Assembly: GCA_951406725.2 (NCBI GenBank)
Contig: OX597819.1
Location: 32,488,001 to 32,552,000 of the forward strand
Direction of reading: 5' to 3'
DNA: 64,000 nt
DNA from: Octopus vulgaris
Lineage: Eukaryota
The translations under genes were made by a program, and so were the position numbers. The first letter of the stretch is position 1, and every line of letters starts with the position of its first letter. Of this stretch, positions 50,798 to 64,000 are shown piece by piece. The notes under the pieces were generated by a model that had not been told where the DNA came from, made no database searches, and worked only from the letters and a program-made list of their open reading frames with translations.

Positions 50798-51250
50798 AAG
50801 GTGGCGAGCTGAGCTAGCAGAATCGTTAGCACCCTGGACGATATTTCGCCAGTCGTTACGTTCTGAGTTCAAATTCCACCGAGGTCGATTTTGCCTTTAA
50901 TCGTTTCGGGGTCGATTAAATAAGTACCAGTTACGCATTGGGGTCGATATAATCGACTTAATCCGTTTGTCTGTCCTTGTTTGTCCCTTCTATGCGTAGT
51001 CCCTTGTGGGCAGTAAAGAAATAGATATTAATCGTACTGCTAAGGTGGCGAGCTGGCAGAATCGTTAGCACCCTGGACGATATTTCGTCAGTCGTTACGT
51101 TCTGAGTTCAAATTCCACCGAGGTCGATTTTGCCTTTCATCATTTCGGGATCGATAAATTAAGTACCAGTTACGCACTGGGATCGATGTAATCGACTTAT
51201 CCCTCCCTCCCCCGGCAAATTTCAGGTCTTGTGCCTATAGTAGAAAGGAT
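50798..51250 (+). mobile_element. Two tandem SINE family B copies
   Basis: Both share the short head variant gcaccctggacgatatttcg. Confidence 0.85.
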
Positions 51251-51639
51251 ATTCGTATTGTTCGAGGTTGAAGACAATTGATTATCTACGTCTTGCAAGA
51301 AAACTTTATTCCAAAAATAGAAGAAAGACATATTTTTGTGAGACCCTTGCAACAATAGTTACGTCCGCCGTATTTAACTAGTATTATCAGAGGGATCGGA
51401 TAAAATGGTTGATGCATGTTGATAGGGTTCTCTGTGCTCTGAGTTAAAATCCCACTAAGATCGAATTTGCTTTTCATTCTTGTAACATCGATAAAATATC
51501 AGTCAAACACTAGATCTTCTTCTTCTTCTTCTTTTTCTTCTTCTTCTTCTTCTTCTTCTTCTTCTTCTTCTTCTTCTTCTTCTTCTTCTTCTTCAATATA
51601 TGTATATATATATATATTAGGGTGTTTGTGTGTGTATCT

Positions 51640-52160
51640 TTATCTTTGCGTCTGTGTTTGTCCTCCCATCACCGCTTGACAACCGGTGTTGGTATGTTTA
51701 TGTCTCCGTAATCTAACGGTTCAGCAAAAGAGAGGAATAGAATAAGTACTAGGCTGAAAAAAGGGGTCGATTCATTCGACTAAAAACCCTTCAAGCCGGT
51801 ACCCCAGCATGGCCACAATCTAATAACTGCAACAAGTAAAAACTAAACATATAATCAGCTTGTGAAGGTGCGTGGTTTAGTGGTCAGGCGTGGTGTACTC
51901 ACAATTGATATATCGTGCGTTCGCTTCTCAGACCGGCTACGCGTTGTGTTCTTGAGCAAAACACTCCATTTCACATTGCTCCAGTCGCCTCAGCTGTAAC
52001 CTGGGTGACCCTGCGACGGAAATCCTTCTGATCAGAAGGACTGTCGGCTTGCTCACCTAGCAGCGAGGTGGCATCTTTCGGAAACTAAACAGTGCAAAGC
52101 GCATTGTGACCAGCAATGTATAACTACATCCGATAGTCTGGTCGATCACGTGATCTAAAC
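51640..52160 (+). mobile_element. SINE A 3' half followed by SINE family C
   Basis: A tail to 51845; C head and ttgtgttcttgagcaaaacac...ctcagctgt from 51865. Confidence 0.7.
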
Positions 52161-52653
52161 AGCATACAGGTTCACAAGTTAACTTTCAAGTATTATTTAT
52201 TGAGAACATCTGCATATAACAAAACTATATGTAATTATAAATTCATGTAATGGACACACATATAGAGCTCACAGCTATGAAAATAATACGCATACACTCA
52301 CAAACACATACAAAGGCACACACACACATATATATTTATATGTATAATATACACATATAGATACTCATACACAGATCGAATGAGAGAGAGTGAGACCATG
52401 CGCTTGGGCAGGTGGGCAGGTATTTGAGATAATCAATGTGTGTTTGAAATACGCCGAAACAGAAAAGAAAGGAAAAACAATGAGCTTTCACTTGTCGTAT
52501 ATTATGAATATTTGTGTAGTATTTTCCCCTGAAGTAATTGTATGTGCCATTAAGATATATGAACGAGTTAGCAATGTTGAGGTAGGTATTCTGTCTCCAG
52601 GAATAACTACCTTGTCTAATGTGTTTTACGTTACGTATTCAGTGGAATTTTAC

Positions 52654-52704
<51 letters not shown>

Positions 52705-52860
52705 CACACTCACACACACACACAAAATCATAAATCAACAGTGGAACGAATACAGAGAATCATATTCTTTCAGTGACATATCATCTTAGAAGAATGGAAA
52801 TATCTCTGTAGGTCACAAATAATGCTGGGTGAACCGCAGTTACATACATACCTACCTACC

Positions 52861-52947
<87 letters not shown>

Positions 52948-52965
52948 GCATGTATGTATGTTTAG

Positions 52966-53029
<64 letters not shown>

Positions 53030-53033
<4 letters not shown>

Positions 53034-53870
53034 CGGTGGATAAACTGTCGTCTAAATTACGCGAAAATGAAAATATCACTGACACCTCATTTTAACAGAT
53101 ATATTTTCTAAAATTACATAAAAATATCTTGAAATACTAAAGAGTAAATTTATTTAGTAAAATCGTCATTGGATTCAACCACGGTCTCCAGACGACTTCG
53201 GAATCTCCTACAACTCTTCTGGATGGTCTTCTTGTTTAAGTTGGTGAATGCTGCCATAATCCTTGCCTTCACTTCATCTTTGGTGTTACAAGGAGTTTAG
53301 TTGGTCTCTTCCTCAGCTGCGCTCCATACATAATGATCAAAGGGGTTTCAGTCTGGGGAGATCGGTGGCCAGATGTTAGGGGTGATGTGGTCGCAGAAAT
53401 TGTCTGTCAGCCATGACTGGGCTCTCCTGCTTGTGTGGCATGGTACAGAGTCCTGTTGCAAGATGCAAAGTCTCACAATAGCCTCCTTATTCACCCAGGG
53501 CAGCACTACCTCCTCCAGACGCTTAATGTAGGCCTCCGTGTTGAGTCTGAGGCTGTGTCTGAAGATGAATGGAGGCATAACGTCGCCATCATTAGTGATC
53601 ATTCCAAATATTATAATGTTGACTAGATGTTTGGTTTTTATCACTCTCGGCACATGCCCTCAGATTAACAGTCAAACACTCTGAAATGTTCGTATTGGAG
53701 CTTCCGGCGCGAATGTCAAGCTTTACAGCATGCCATTTCCAAATTTCTGGCAGTGTGAATTGCGTAATGGTGCTGTTTTTCTCACTGACGGAGCCCAACT
53801 GTGTAGTCGACAAAATGAAACACAAACAATGCACATGAGCGAAATTAAAAACATAAAACGGCAGGAATTT
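53030..53870 (-). pseudogene. Internally deleted maT-type (DD37D) Tc1/mariner transposon
   Basis: QQDSVPCHTS...IWPPISPD*NPFDHYVW with 37 residues between the last two catalytic Asp. Confidence 0.8.
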
Positions 53871-53889
53871 ATTTGTAAGTATATATATA

Positions 53890-54245
<356 letters not shown>

Positions 54246-54276
54246 TGTACATGTAGAGGTAGGTACGTACATATAT

Positions 54277-54312
<36 letters not shown>

Positions 54313-54767
54313 AACCGTGCGTGTTTCGTCTATAGTGAAAAATATGCGGCTTTTGAGAGTTGACGCCTCTTTCTAGCATAGCTGATATGTTTTTTATACC
54401 CTAAACGTTATATATATTCACCTATATTGGTTAAGCTTGCTAGCCAATTTATTATTATTATTTTTGATAATAATGATATCCTATTTTCTAAATTTTTCTT
54501 ATTATTGTTCGCTTTTGAATGTCGCAAGAACATTCAGAGGAACAGACGCGTCCGATGTAGTGTATATATTTTGAAAAATAGTTATATATAGTAAGATCAG
54601 CTGACGATCCTAAGTACCAGGCACTGAAGGTGAAATCAATTGATACTGAGACGTCTGTATATTTCTTTGAAGTTTGCAAAGGTAAAAGGCTGGTTTTTCT
54701 TATATTCGCTACATTAACCGTGCTTGTTTTTTACATACGGTTTTACACACACACACACACACACACA

Positions 54768-54804
<37 letters not shown>

Positions 54805-54821
54805 ATCTATCTACCTATCTG

Positions 54822-54885
<64 letters not shown>

Positions 54886-54908
54886 ACTAACTATCTATCT
54901 ATTTATCT

Positions 54909-54990
<82 letters not shown>

Positions 54991-55004
54991 TTACGTCACC
55001 GAAC

Positions 55005-55375
55005 ATGCAGAATCCTTAGCACGCCGGGTGAAATGCTTAGCCGTATTTCGTCTGCCGTTACGTTCTGAGTTCAAATTCCGCCGAGGTCGACTTTGCCTTT
55101 CATCCTTTCGGGATCGATAAATTTAGTACCAATTGCGCACTGGGGTCGATATAATCGACTTAATCCGTTTGTCTGTCCTTGTTTGTCTCCTCTGTGTTTA
55201 GCCCCTTGTGGGTAGTAAAGAAATAGGTATTTCGTCTGCCATTACGTGCTGAGTTCAACTTCTGCCGAGGTCAATTTTGCCTCTCACACTTTTAGTGAAA
55301 AAAGGACGTTACGCATTGGGGTCGATGTATCCTCCTCCCTCAAAATATCAGGCCTTGTGCCCTTAGCAGAAAGAA
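55005..55375 (+). mobile_element. SINE family B plus partial tandem copy
   Basis: B core occurs twice. Confidence 0.8.
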
Positions 55376-55405
55376 TATAAATAAATAATTAAATAAATAA
55401 ATAAA

Positions 55406-55600
<195 letters not shown>

Positions 55601-55614
55601 ACATACATATCATT

Positions 55615-56100
55615 ATATTCAAAGATAAACTTTATATAGGATTTTAACAAGTAGCTAGCATGCAAGAAAAAAACATTTAGGTAAAAATTAATACAAAGTA
55701 TTTAATTTTATAACTATAATGATAATAAAATCAACTGCTGAGTAGCGCCACATGCTACAAGTAGACGCCAAATTGTCTAAAACTACCTTGTTTATCACAT
55801 AAACACAGGCTAAAAGCGAAAGAATCTATCATTCATTTCAGCCACTTGTGAATAACTAAAACAATTCAGCAGCGAACAAATTGGTAGAAGTGAATTCATA
55901 TTTATCTTTATAACCCAGGATAAAATCTATATAGGATATCATCAAGAAGCTAGCATGTAAAAAAACCATTTAGGTAAAAATTAACACAGAGTATTTAATT
56001 TCATAAATATGGTTCTAATAAGCGCAACTACTGAGTAGTTTTAGAGCCAATTGGCGTCTTCTTCTAGCAAGTGGCGCTACTCAGTAGTTGGTCTTATTAT
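55615..56100. repeat. ~295-bp tandem unit plus inverted partial copy
   Basis: Unit at ~55623 repeats at ~55919; 56035-56100 is the reverse complement of ~55722-55786. Confidence 0.75.
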
Positions 56101-56114
56101 ATATATATATACAT

Positions 56115-56178
<64 letters not shown>

Positions 56179-56184
56179 ATATAA

Positions 56185-58070
56185 ATGAATGTGTATTTTT
56201 TTCAATTGTTTAAATAACACGGGAAAAAATAAATACTTACCAGGGTAGCAAAAATTTACATAAGTGCCAAAGATATTACAGTCTACTTGTAAAGGTACAA
56301 ATTCCAGGGTTAAGTGAAATGTTTTTGTATAACAGATAAATTAAGAAATGGAGTCAAACGCAGGTGTTATTCAAATCTTTATACTTCCAACATATGTTTC
56401 GAAGAAAACATTGATATTATTCCGGAGGGAATAGAGTGATGTAAAACAATGCAATCTTCTCATCAGGGAAAAAAGAGAACCAAAACACATCAGTAAGCCA
56501 TTTTAACCGAATGTGATTATCCCGTATATGATGAAGGGGAAGGCTGGCAAGTTATTTTCTAAAAAAACCCGTTAATAGATTTAACGTCAAAGGTAATTTA
56601 GAGAAAGAGGAGGAGAAAGAAAGAATTTAACAGAAAATTAAGAATTGAGAAATATAGTGTGAAAGATGAACTGGAATAAAGCTTAAAAGCGTGGAAATAT
56701 ATTTATGTAGTGGAAATTAAATGTAAGATGACAGTTAAAGATCGAATTGTGTAGATTGGTAGAAATTTCTTAAATAAACTAAAGGTATGTTTTTACAACG
56801 ATAACGCGTTCTTTAAACGTGTTTGCAAGAGTATTCTCTGAGAAAAGGATGAGAAATTGTTTTTCGTTACAGAGCGGACAAAAAGATTTAAATTTTATCA
56901 TATATGAAGGAAGTAACCTTCAGAATATTCCATTCCAAATCAAATTGTTTATTTTGTTCCTTTAGAGACCAAATTAATTTACTAAGCCCAGTATTGTTGC
57001 GTTTATTGATATGTCTTAAAGTAGATATTCTTTTCGACAACTGAGACGATGAACTACCTGTGTAAAAAAAGACATCAGAACCGGAAGTAATTTTACATTG
57101 ATAAACAGAGTTTCTAGTCTTAGAATTACTGCTAAGGAAACGAATACGATTCGAATTTGTATCAGATATATTAATATTGTTGTTTTTATTTTCATTAAGT
57201 GGATTTGTATTTAACAACTTATTGTTATGCAAAGAGATGATTTGTGAAAGGTTTTTGGTATTTGAAAACCCTATCCTAATTCGGCGTGAATTGATAATGG
57301 AATGGTATCTTGAATTTTTTGGGAAATTCTTACGAAATTTTTGGAAATTCTTATGAAATTCACGAAACTTGTAAGGGAGGTAGGGTTTGATCTGCGTACC
57401 ATATGGAATTATCAACCAAACAGTTTTGCTAGGACACACCTTGTTATTGGGGTAATTATCTTTAAAAGTCCGAGACTTATTTTTATTACGTATAAAGGGA
57501 TGAAAAGAACGGTTATCTCCCTTACGCTGCAAAATTACATTTTTCGATTTAGTGTAGTTATTCGAACTAAAATTTATATTACCGTTATGATGTGTTTTCA
57601 TGTCCTGATTAATAGAGGTCAAATTAATGTCAATAATCTTAATATAGGTAAATTTTTTTTATAGCCTGCTTTAAGAGACGCAGAGTTATAAAATTGGGCT
57701 TTATCGTTGTCTTCAACGTTGTATCAATATTAGCAGATAATCTAGAAAGTCTAAGTGAAATATTTCTAACTAAATTCCTTGTAATAGCCTTTGAATGACT
57801 ACTGAAAGAGCTAATATATTTTTAATTAGTTGAGAGTTTATGGTAAGAGAAATATGAATCATTATATAAGTTAAGGGTGATATCCAAAAAGTTGGCTTTA
57901 GTTATATCATCATAGAAAATAATGTTTAAGCCGAAGTTTCGGAAAAATTTAACCAACCTTTGTAATTTTCGGTTAGAAAGATTTTGAAGGAATATCGATA
58001 TTTTCTTCGAAATATATGCCGGAAGAAAAAAATTTTGAATAACACCTGCGTTTGACTCCATTTCTTAATT

Positions 58071-58073
<3 letters not shown>
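56185..58073 (-). mobile_element. 5'-truncated Penelope-like element: RT end, GIY-YIG endonuclease, 3' pLTR and inverted pLTR piece
   Basis: ANFLDITLNL; SVYQCKI...FYTGSS...KR..TGLSKLIWSLK...WNIL then CPLCNEK; 57991-58073 is the reverse complement of ~56337-56420. Confidence 0.82.
56385..56470 (-). ncRNA. Type-I hammerhead ribozyme in PLE pLTR
   Basis: uucc-CUGAUGA-gaaga...ucuuc-GAAA-CAUAUG-UU-ggaa. Confidence 0.85.
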
Positions 58074-58101
<28 letters not shown>

Positions 58102-58269
58102 ATGTGTGTGTGTTGCTGTGTGTGTACATACACACGTGGTCTGATCCATAAGTATCCGGACTTATTGATCAACGAAGCTATGGCAACGAAGCTCCACCTT
58201 ATTTTTTTCAAATATCACTCCCCTTGCTAATTTCTATGATTCAGCCAAAACAGCACTCTTGAATACTAC

Positions 58270-58984
<715 letters not shown>

Positions 58985-59100
58985 CTTACTTGGAAAAGGA
59001 TGCGTTGCGTTCGATCATATAGTAATATAAATGATATATAAATATATGCATATATACATTTATATATATATGTACATACCTACATATATATGTATATATA

Positions 59101-59332
59101 CATGCATATATGGGTACAGGACGAAGTTGCGTCTTCTCCTTGCCTTCGTGACATGGAGTAGATGAAACAGGGACAACTGAAGAAGGGGAATATTTTTTAT
59201 GTTGTATGTCTCGTTTCTCTGTTTGTTTTTTTCGTTGTTAAAAAAAAGTTCGTTTCTATGTTTTTGTTTTTATGTTTTCGTTTCTCATTGTGTTCAACGT
59301 TCTTCGATGTCCTGTACTCGTATATGCATGTA
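59101..59332 (+). mobile_element. Short pLTR-like repeat with inverted terminus
   Basis: gcatatatgggtacaggac at the start is inverted to gtcctgtactcgtatatgc at the end; lies in TA-rich arrays. Confidence 0.55.
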
Positions 59333-59652
59333 TATATACATATATATCAGTAGGTATGTATATATATGTATATATGCATATACTTATATATTATATATAT
59401 ATATATGTATATATACATATATATATATGTACATATATATGTATGTGTGTATAAATATATAAGTATATATGTATATATGTATGTATGTATATGTATATAT
59501 GTGTATGTGTGTTGTATAAATATATATATTTATACACACATGTATTGTATATTATATTATACTATATTTTATACTATGTTATATAATTTTATATACAGCT
59601 ATAATGTATATAATATCATATATATATATAGCTATGATACACACACACACAC

Positions 59653-59707
<55 letters not shown>

Positions 59708-60083
59708 ACATACATTACCACTGAACGGCCAGAAAGGATAGCTGCCTCTCTCATCTGTATGGATGTATATGTATTTTGCTTGTTGAGAGAATAATTTTCA
59801 GTTAAACTGAAAATTATTCTCTCCACAGACGAAAATATCGAACGATGCCCTCTAAGATAGCACCAATTAGAAAACAATCTATGAAAGCCGATATCCTTTC
59901 TTTGTTGTCTATAGATAGGAATCTGTTCACACTAGAAAGAACAGACAGGTCCATTCTTCATAGTGTGAACTTATAGAACGAAGCTGGCCAGACAGTGCCA
60001 AACATTTCGGTGAGTCACTCGATTGGAGGGATCAATTGATTTGTACAGGAATTTATGAGTGCATAATGGTAACTCTGGCTATT

Positions 60084-60114
<31 letters not shown>

Positions 60115-60278
60115 TTGATATATGAATGCGCCTTTAAGTATTTATACATGTATGTGTGTGTGTATGTATGTATGTAAGTATGCGTATGTGTATGGAATTG
60201 TGTGTGTATGTATTTATGTATGCATAAATGCATGTATTTATATATTTAATGTATGCCTGGATGTTCGTATATTTGAAA

Positions 60279-60327
<49 letters not shown>

Positions 60328-60393
60328 TATATATATATGTATATATATATGTATATACATATATGTATATATATATATATATATGTACATATA

Positions 60394-60430
<37 letters not shown>

Positions 60431-61499
60431 GTGTGTGTGTGTATGTATGTATCTATATATTCATGTATGTATTACTGCAAGTACACATGTGTATGCATGT
60501 CAACAAAATTAGTATGTATGTAGACACATACGCACGCACACACACACTTACATATATATAAATATCTCTGTCTCTCTTTTTATTCATGTGCGTGTGTATG
60601 TGTGCGTGTGTGTGTGTGTGCGTGTGTGTATGTCTTTGTGCAAATTTGTGTAATCGTCTGTGTGTGAGGAAAGAGGTTATAGCGGGAGAGAGCGGGCAAT
60701 TGATAGAAGTAGAGAAGGAGAGAGAGAAGGAAAGAGGGAGAAGGAGAGAGGGAGGGAGAGAGAGGGAGAGAGAGAGAGATACTAAGTGAAGGTAGAGAAA
60801 GCAACATCGATTTATTTTGAGTTTGTACATAATGTCTATTTCTGTGTTGTAGACATTACAATAAAGACACACGGCGGCGATAGCTGCTTTGAGGTGTTCC
60901 TTCTCCAACAATAACTGATTCTTCTTATGCATTTAGTGTATATATATGTATATGTATTTGTATATATATATATATATATGTGCGTTGTTGTTGTTGTAAT
61001 TTCAAAAGCATTCCCTCATCACTGGTCAAGCATATGTATGATTCATGACATTCTGTGATCCTTCCTTCTTGCACATGGTGTACTTCTGGTTATGTCATCC
61101 AATATATCGTGTGTTCATTTTGGGAGAGAGAGAGATATTGTTCATGGGAGAGAGTTTTCTGGATGGTATGATCAATCCGTCACCATGTAACTCTTGTGTA
61201 TATTAGGCCGAGTCAATTTTGTTGCATACATCTGGACCCGGTCTTAGATAAGGATAACTGCTTCCCTTCCTCTCCCCGAGGATTTAGAAAAAGAGCAACG
61301 AGGGTTGCCCTTCTATTTCACACTAAGTTCACCCCTTTAAAAAATGGTCTTAGTCTTTTGTGGAAATTGCATTCAAATCTAAGATGATTTATTAGAATAT
61401 GACGCATTGTAGATTGAGCAGAGCGAAATTGAGACTTTCTAAGACGAAAATAGATCTGCACAGGCTTCAAACGTATCAATAAATAGCAAAACCGACAGC

Positions 61500-61880
61500 A
61501 TACAAAGGGAACCCCTACACGAACGATCGAGAGCGGGGGCCTGAACAAAGGAGGGTAAAGGGTAAAAACGGTAAAGACCCCTAGATTGCACCTAGAAAGT
61601 TCCCCTCCGAGGCACAAGTCCGGGCAAGGTTGTTTATGAAAGACCACCAGTCGTCTATGCATACCAGCCTCCTCTCTCCACGCCATCGATGTTATCCTAG
61701 AGAAAGGCAAAGGCCGATACAGCTAGGCACCAGTGATGTTGCAACTCATTTCTACAGCTGAGTGAACTGGAGTAACGTGAAATCAAATGTCTTGCTCAAG
61801 AATACAAGATATAGCCCAGTCTGGGAGTCGAACTTACTACTTCAAGATTATAAGCCCGATACTCTAACCACTGAGACCAC
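61500..61880 (-). mobile_element. tRNA-SINE family C with long tail
   Basis: tttctacagctgagtgaactggag...cttgctcaag...gtcgaac...ctctaaccactgag. Confidence 0.7.
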
Positions 61881-63344
61881 AGAATCAGAAATAACAACTA
61901 AATATCGTTTAACTTACATCCTACCGGCATAAAAAATGTTCTCTTATAATAGATAATGTAATTCTAGGTTTTCTATTTCCGAAAAAAAAAATAATAAAAG
62001 CGAACCAAATCAAAGAAAAAGATTAACACATCTATAATACTTTAGTTATAGGTCTCCACATTCTAGGCAAATCTCGAAATTAAACAAACAAAAAAAAAAC
62101 ACCAGTGAATTACAGGTATCATTTCCACACAATCTCTTTTAGCATCATATCTATTATGTTAAGTAAGGTAGGTGGGATTAAAAGTCCTGGTCAGAAATAA
62201 AAAGACAAACCTTCTTCGGCAAATAGGAGCTCACGAACCCATGGACTCAGTGCTGTAACAGGTTAATAAGTCAGCCATTTTGAATTCTTTGATAGCAAAA
62301 TTATAGGCTCGTAATTAGTGTGCAATTAAGAATGTGTAGGGAATAAATGTGTAAATTAGCGACATGTAATTAAAGAATGTGTAGGGAAAACTACGTATTG
62401 TGTCATATCTAATTATGGATATATAATTAGAAACATAGAAACATTGATAGTTAAGAACATGTATAATTTCATATGTGTAATTAGGCAATTATAATTACAG
62501 ATGTCTAATGAGGGATAAGTATAATTAGAATGTGTAATTAGGACTTCCGAAGCAATAGGTATCTGATAGGCAAAAGGTTATATAATATATTTTCTCGTCC
62601 CTCTCCCATCTAAATCTTGATTATGGGGTTAGGTTCTTTGAACCTTAAAATATCATACTTGTTATCATTAGTCTAAAAACAATATTTCTTTAGATCGTAC
62701 AATAAATAAAGAATCATTTACAAGAAAGGCTGTGAATATTTTGTGAGGGATACGAGAACAGCTGAAGCATACCTGGTCATACCTCTGGAGCAGCGTACAA
62801 GTGTCACGTTCGGGTATTCAGGTATAACATAATTGAATTCATTGAAACAGAGGAACTTCATAACTCTTCCTTTTGCTGTTTCTTTCATCTTTTTATGTTT
62901 TTCTTAACAATGGTCGTTATCATGATCATAACCACATGATTATGATTATAATTACGATAGTCGACGATGTCCACGTCATCGTAGCTGTTTGGCAAAAGTA
63001 ATTTATTAAATTCAATATCTGCTAAAAATGCGTTATATATGCAAATTGGTTTATTTGCTTTGCTTACGCCCTAAACATTCTGTCTCTGAAGATGTTGCAT
63101 ATAAAGGCAAGGACTCTATGTCCTGTAGTAAAGAATAGAATTAAACAAAACGCTGTTAACACACCAGTAATTTAACAATGTCTATGCGAATTATCAGGGA
63201 ATACCCTCTGGATAGCTAAGGTGGACAATACCAACCCAGACTACAGCTACGAATATCAATATATTAGTTATTTAGTATGTAAAGTAAATAATTTCCAATT
63301 TAACGTCGAATTTCTTATTTAATGCATAAAATTCTGTGTGGAAC

Positions 63345-64000
63345 TAGATTAACTCTATACAATTGTTTCATCGTTAATAGATTATGTAGTTTTACTTACA
63401 TAAGTATTTGTCCTGCTCGTTTACATTCTTGGCGTGTTAAATTAATTCTTGAGAACAATTCTTTAGTGGTGGATTCCCTTTGTGGATCTATATCTAGCGT
63501 TAGAGTGACCGCATGGTGGACTCGCTCTTATTGTTTTGTATTAATAATTTTTTACTGTATTCCAGTATTTTATACGCTAGGCCACTTGGGGTTTTGAATT
63601 GATGTTATTAATTAATATTCAATTTTTTCACCATTATTGTGACTTTAACTATAAATTAATATGTTCTCAAACCGGCAGTAAATTACTTGGGCAGTATTTA
63701 CATCCGGTGATTTAACGCGCCAGAATGAGGGCATTTGAATGTAACTGCGAATATAATCGGCTGTACCGTTCGTCTCTTTTCAACTTCGTGTGGATTTTGC
63801 CGCTCGGTTCGACAAATTATATTTCTGATGTACACTACTGACGATTCGAAAATACTTATGTAAGTAAAACTACATAATCTATTAACGATGAAACAATTGT
63901 ATAGAGTTAATCTATTTTTTCGTTATTTTTCATTTGTCCTGCTCGTTTACATTCTTGGCGTGTTAAATTAATTCTTGAGAACAATTCTTTAGTGGTGGAT
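63345..64000 (+). mobile_element. ORF-less pLTR unit (~527-bp period) preceded by an inverted piece
   Basis: 63408-63475 repeats from 63934; 63345-63408 is the reverse complement of ~63851-63914; family motif acgctaggccact. Confidence 0.8.
63833..63906 (+). ncRNA. Type-I hammerhead ribozyme
   Basis: cacua-CUGACGA-uucg..uuaugua/uacauaa..cgau-GAAA-CAAUUG-UA-uagag; first stem II pair is a U-U mismatch. Confidence 0.75.

Overview
AT-rich eukaryotic intergenic or intronic DNA packed with microsatellites. The SINE families, Dong/R4 LINEs and microsatellite spectrum suggest an octopod cephalopod (inference). No host protein-coding gene is recognisable; most ORFs in the track are microsatellite translations, and the rest that I can place are transposon remnants. 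Contents: (1) a (TAA)n-targeted retroelement cluster at 24.5-30.6 kb, with a young 5'-truncated Dong/R4-type RT-CCHC-RLE LINE, an older decayed one, and an unexplained ~555-bp non-coding element found four times in the window, always inside (TAA)n; (2) two Penelope-like element (PLE) remnants (RT N-half; GIY-YIG end) and many short ORF-less pseudo-LTR (pLTR) units in tandem or inverted arrangements; (3) the main hidden signal, about ten type-I hammerhead ribozyme motifs on both strands, read by eye, whose stem III is palindromic or nearly so but differs between copies; (4) dozens of tRNA-derived SINE copies from three families; (5) DNA-transposon relics (Chapaev3-like, maT DD37D, hAT MITEs, Helitrons) and an RTE LINE relic, often nested. 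Coordinates were counted by hand and element edges may be off by a few bases; superfamily names come from recalled motifs, not database searches.
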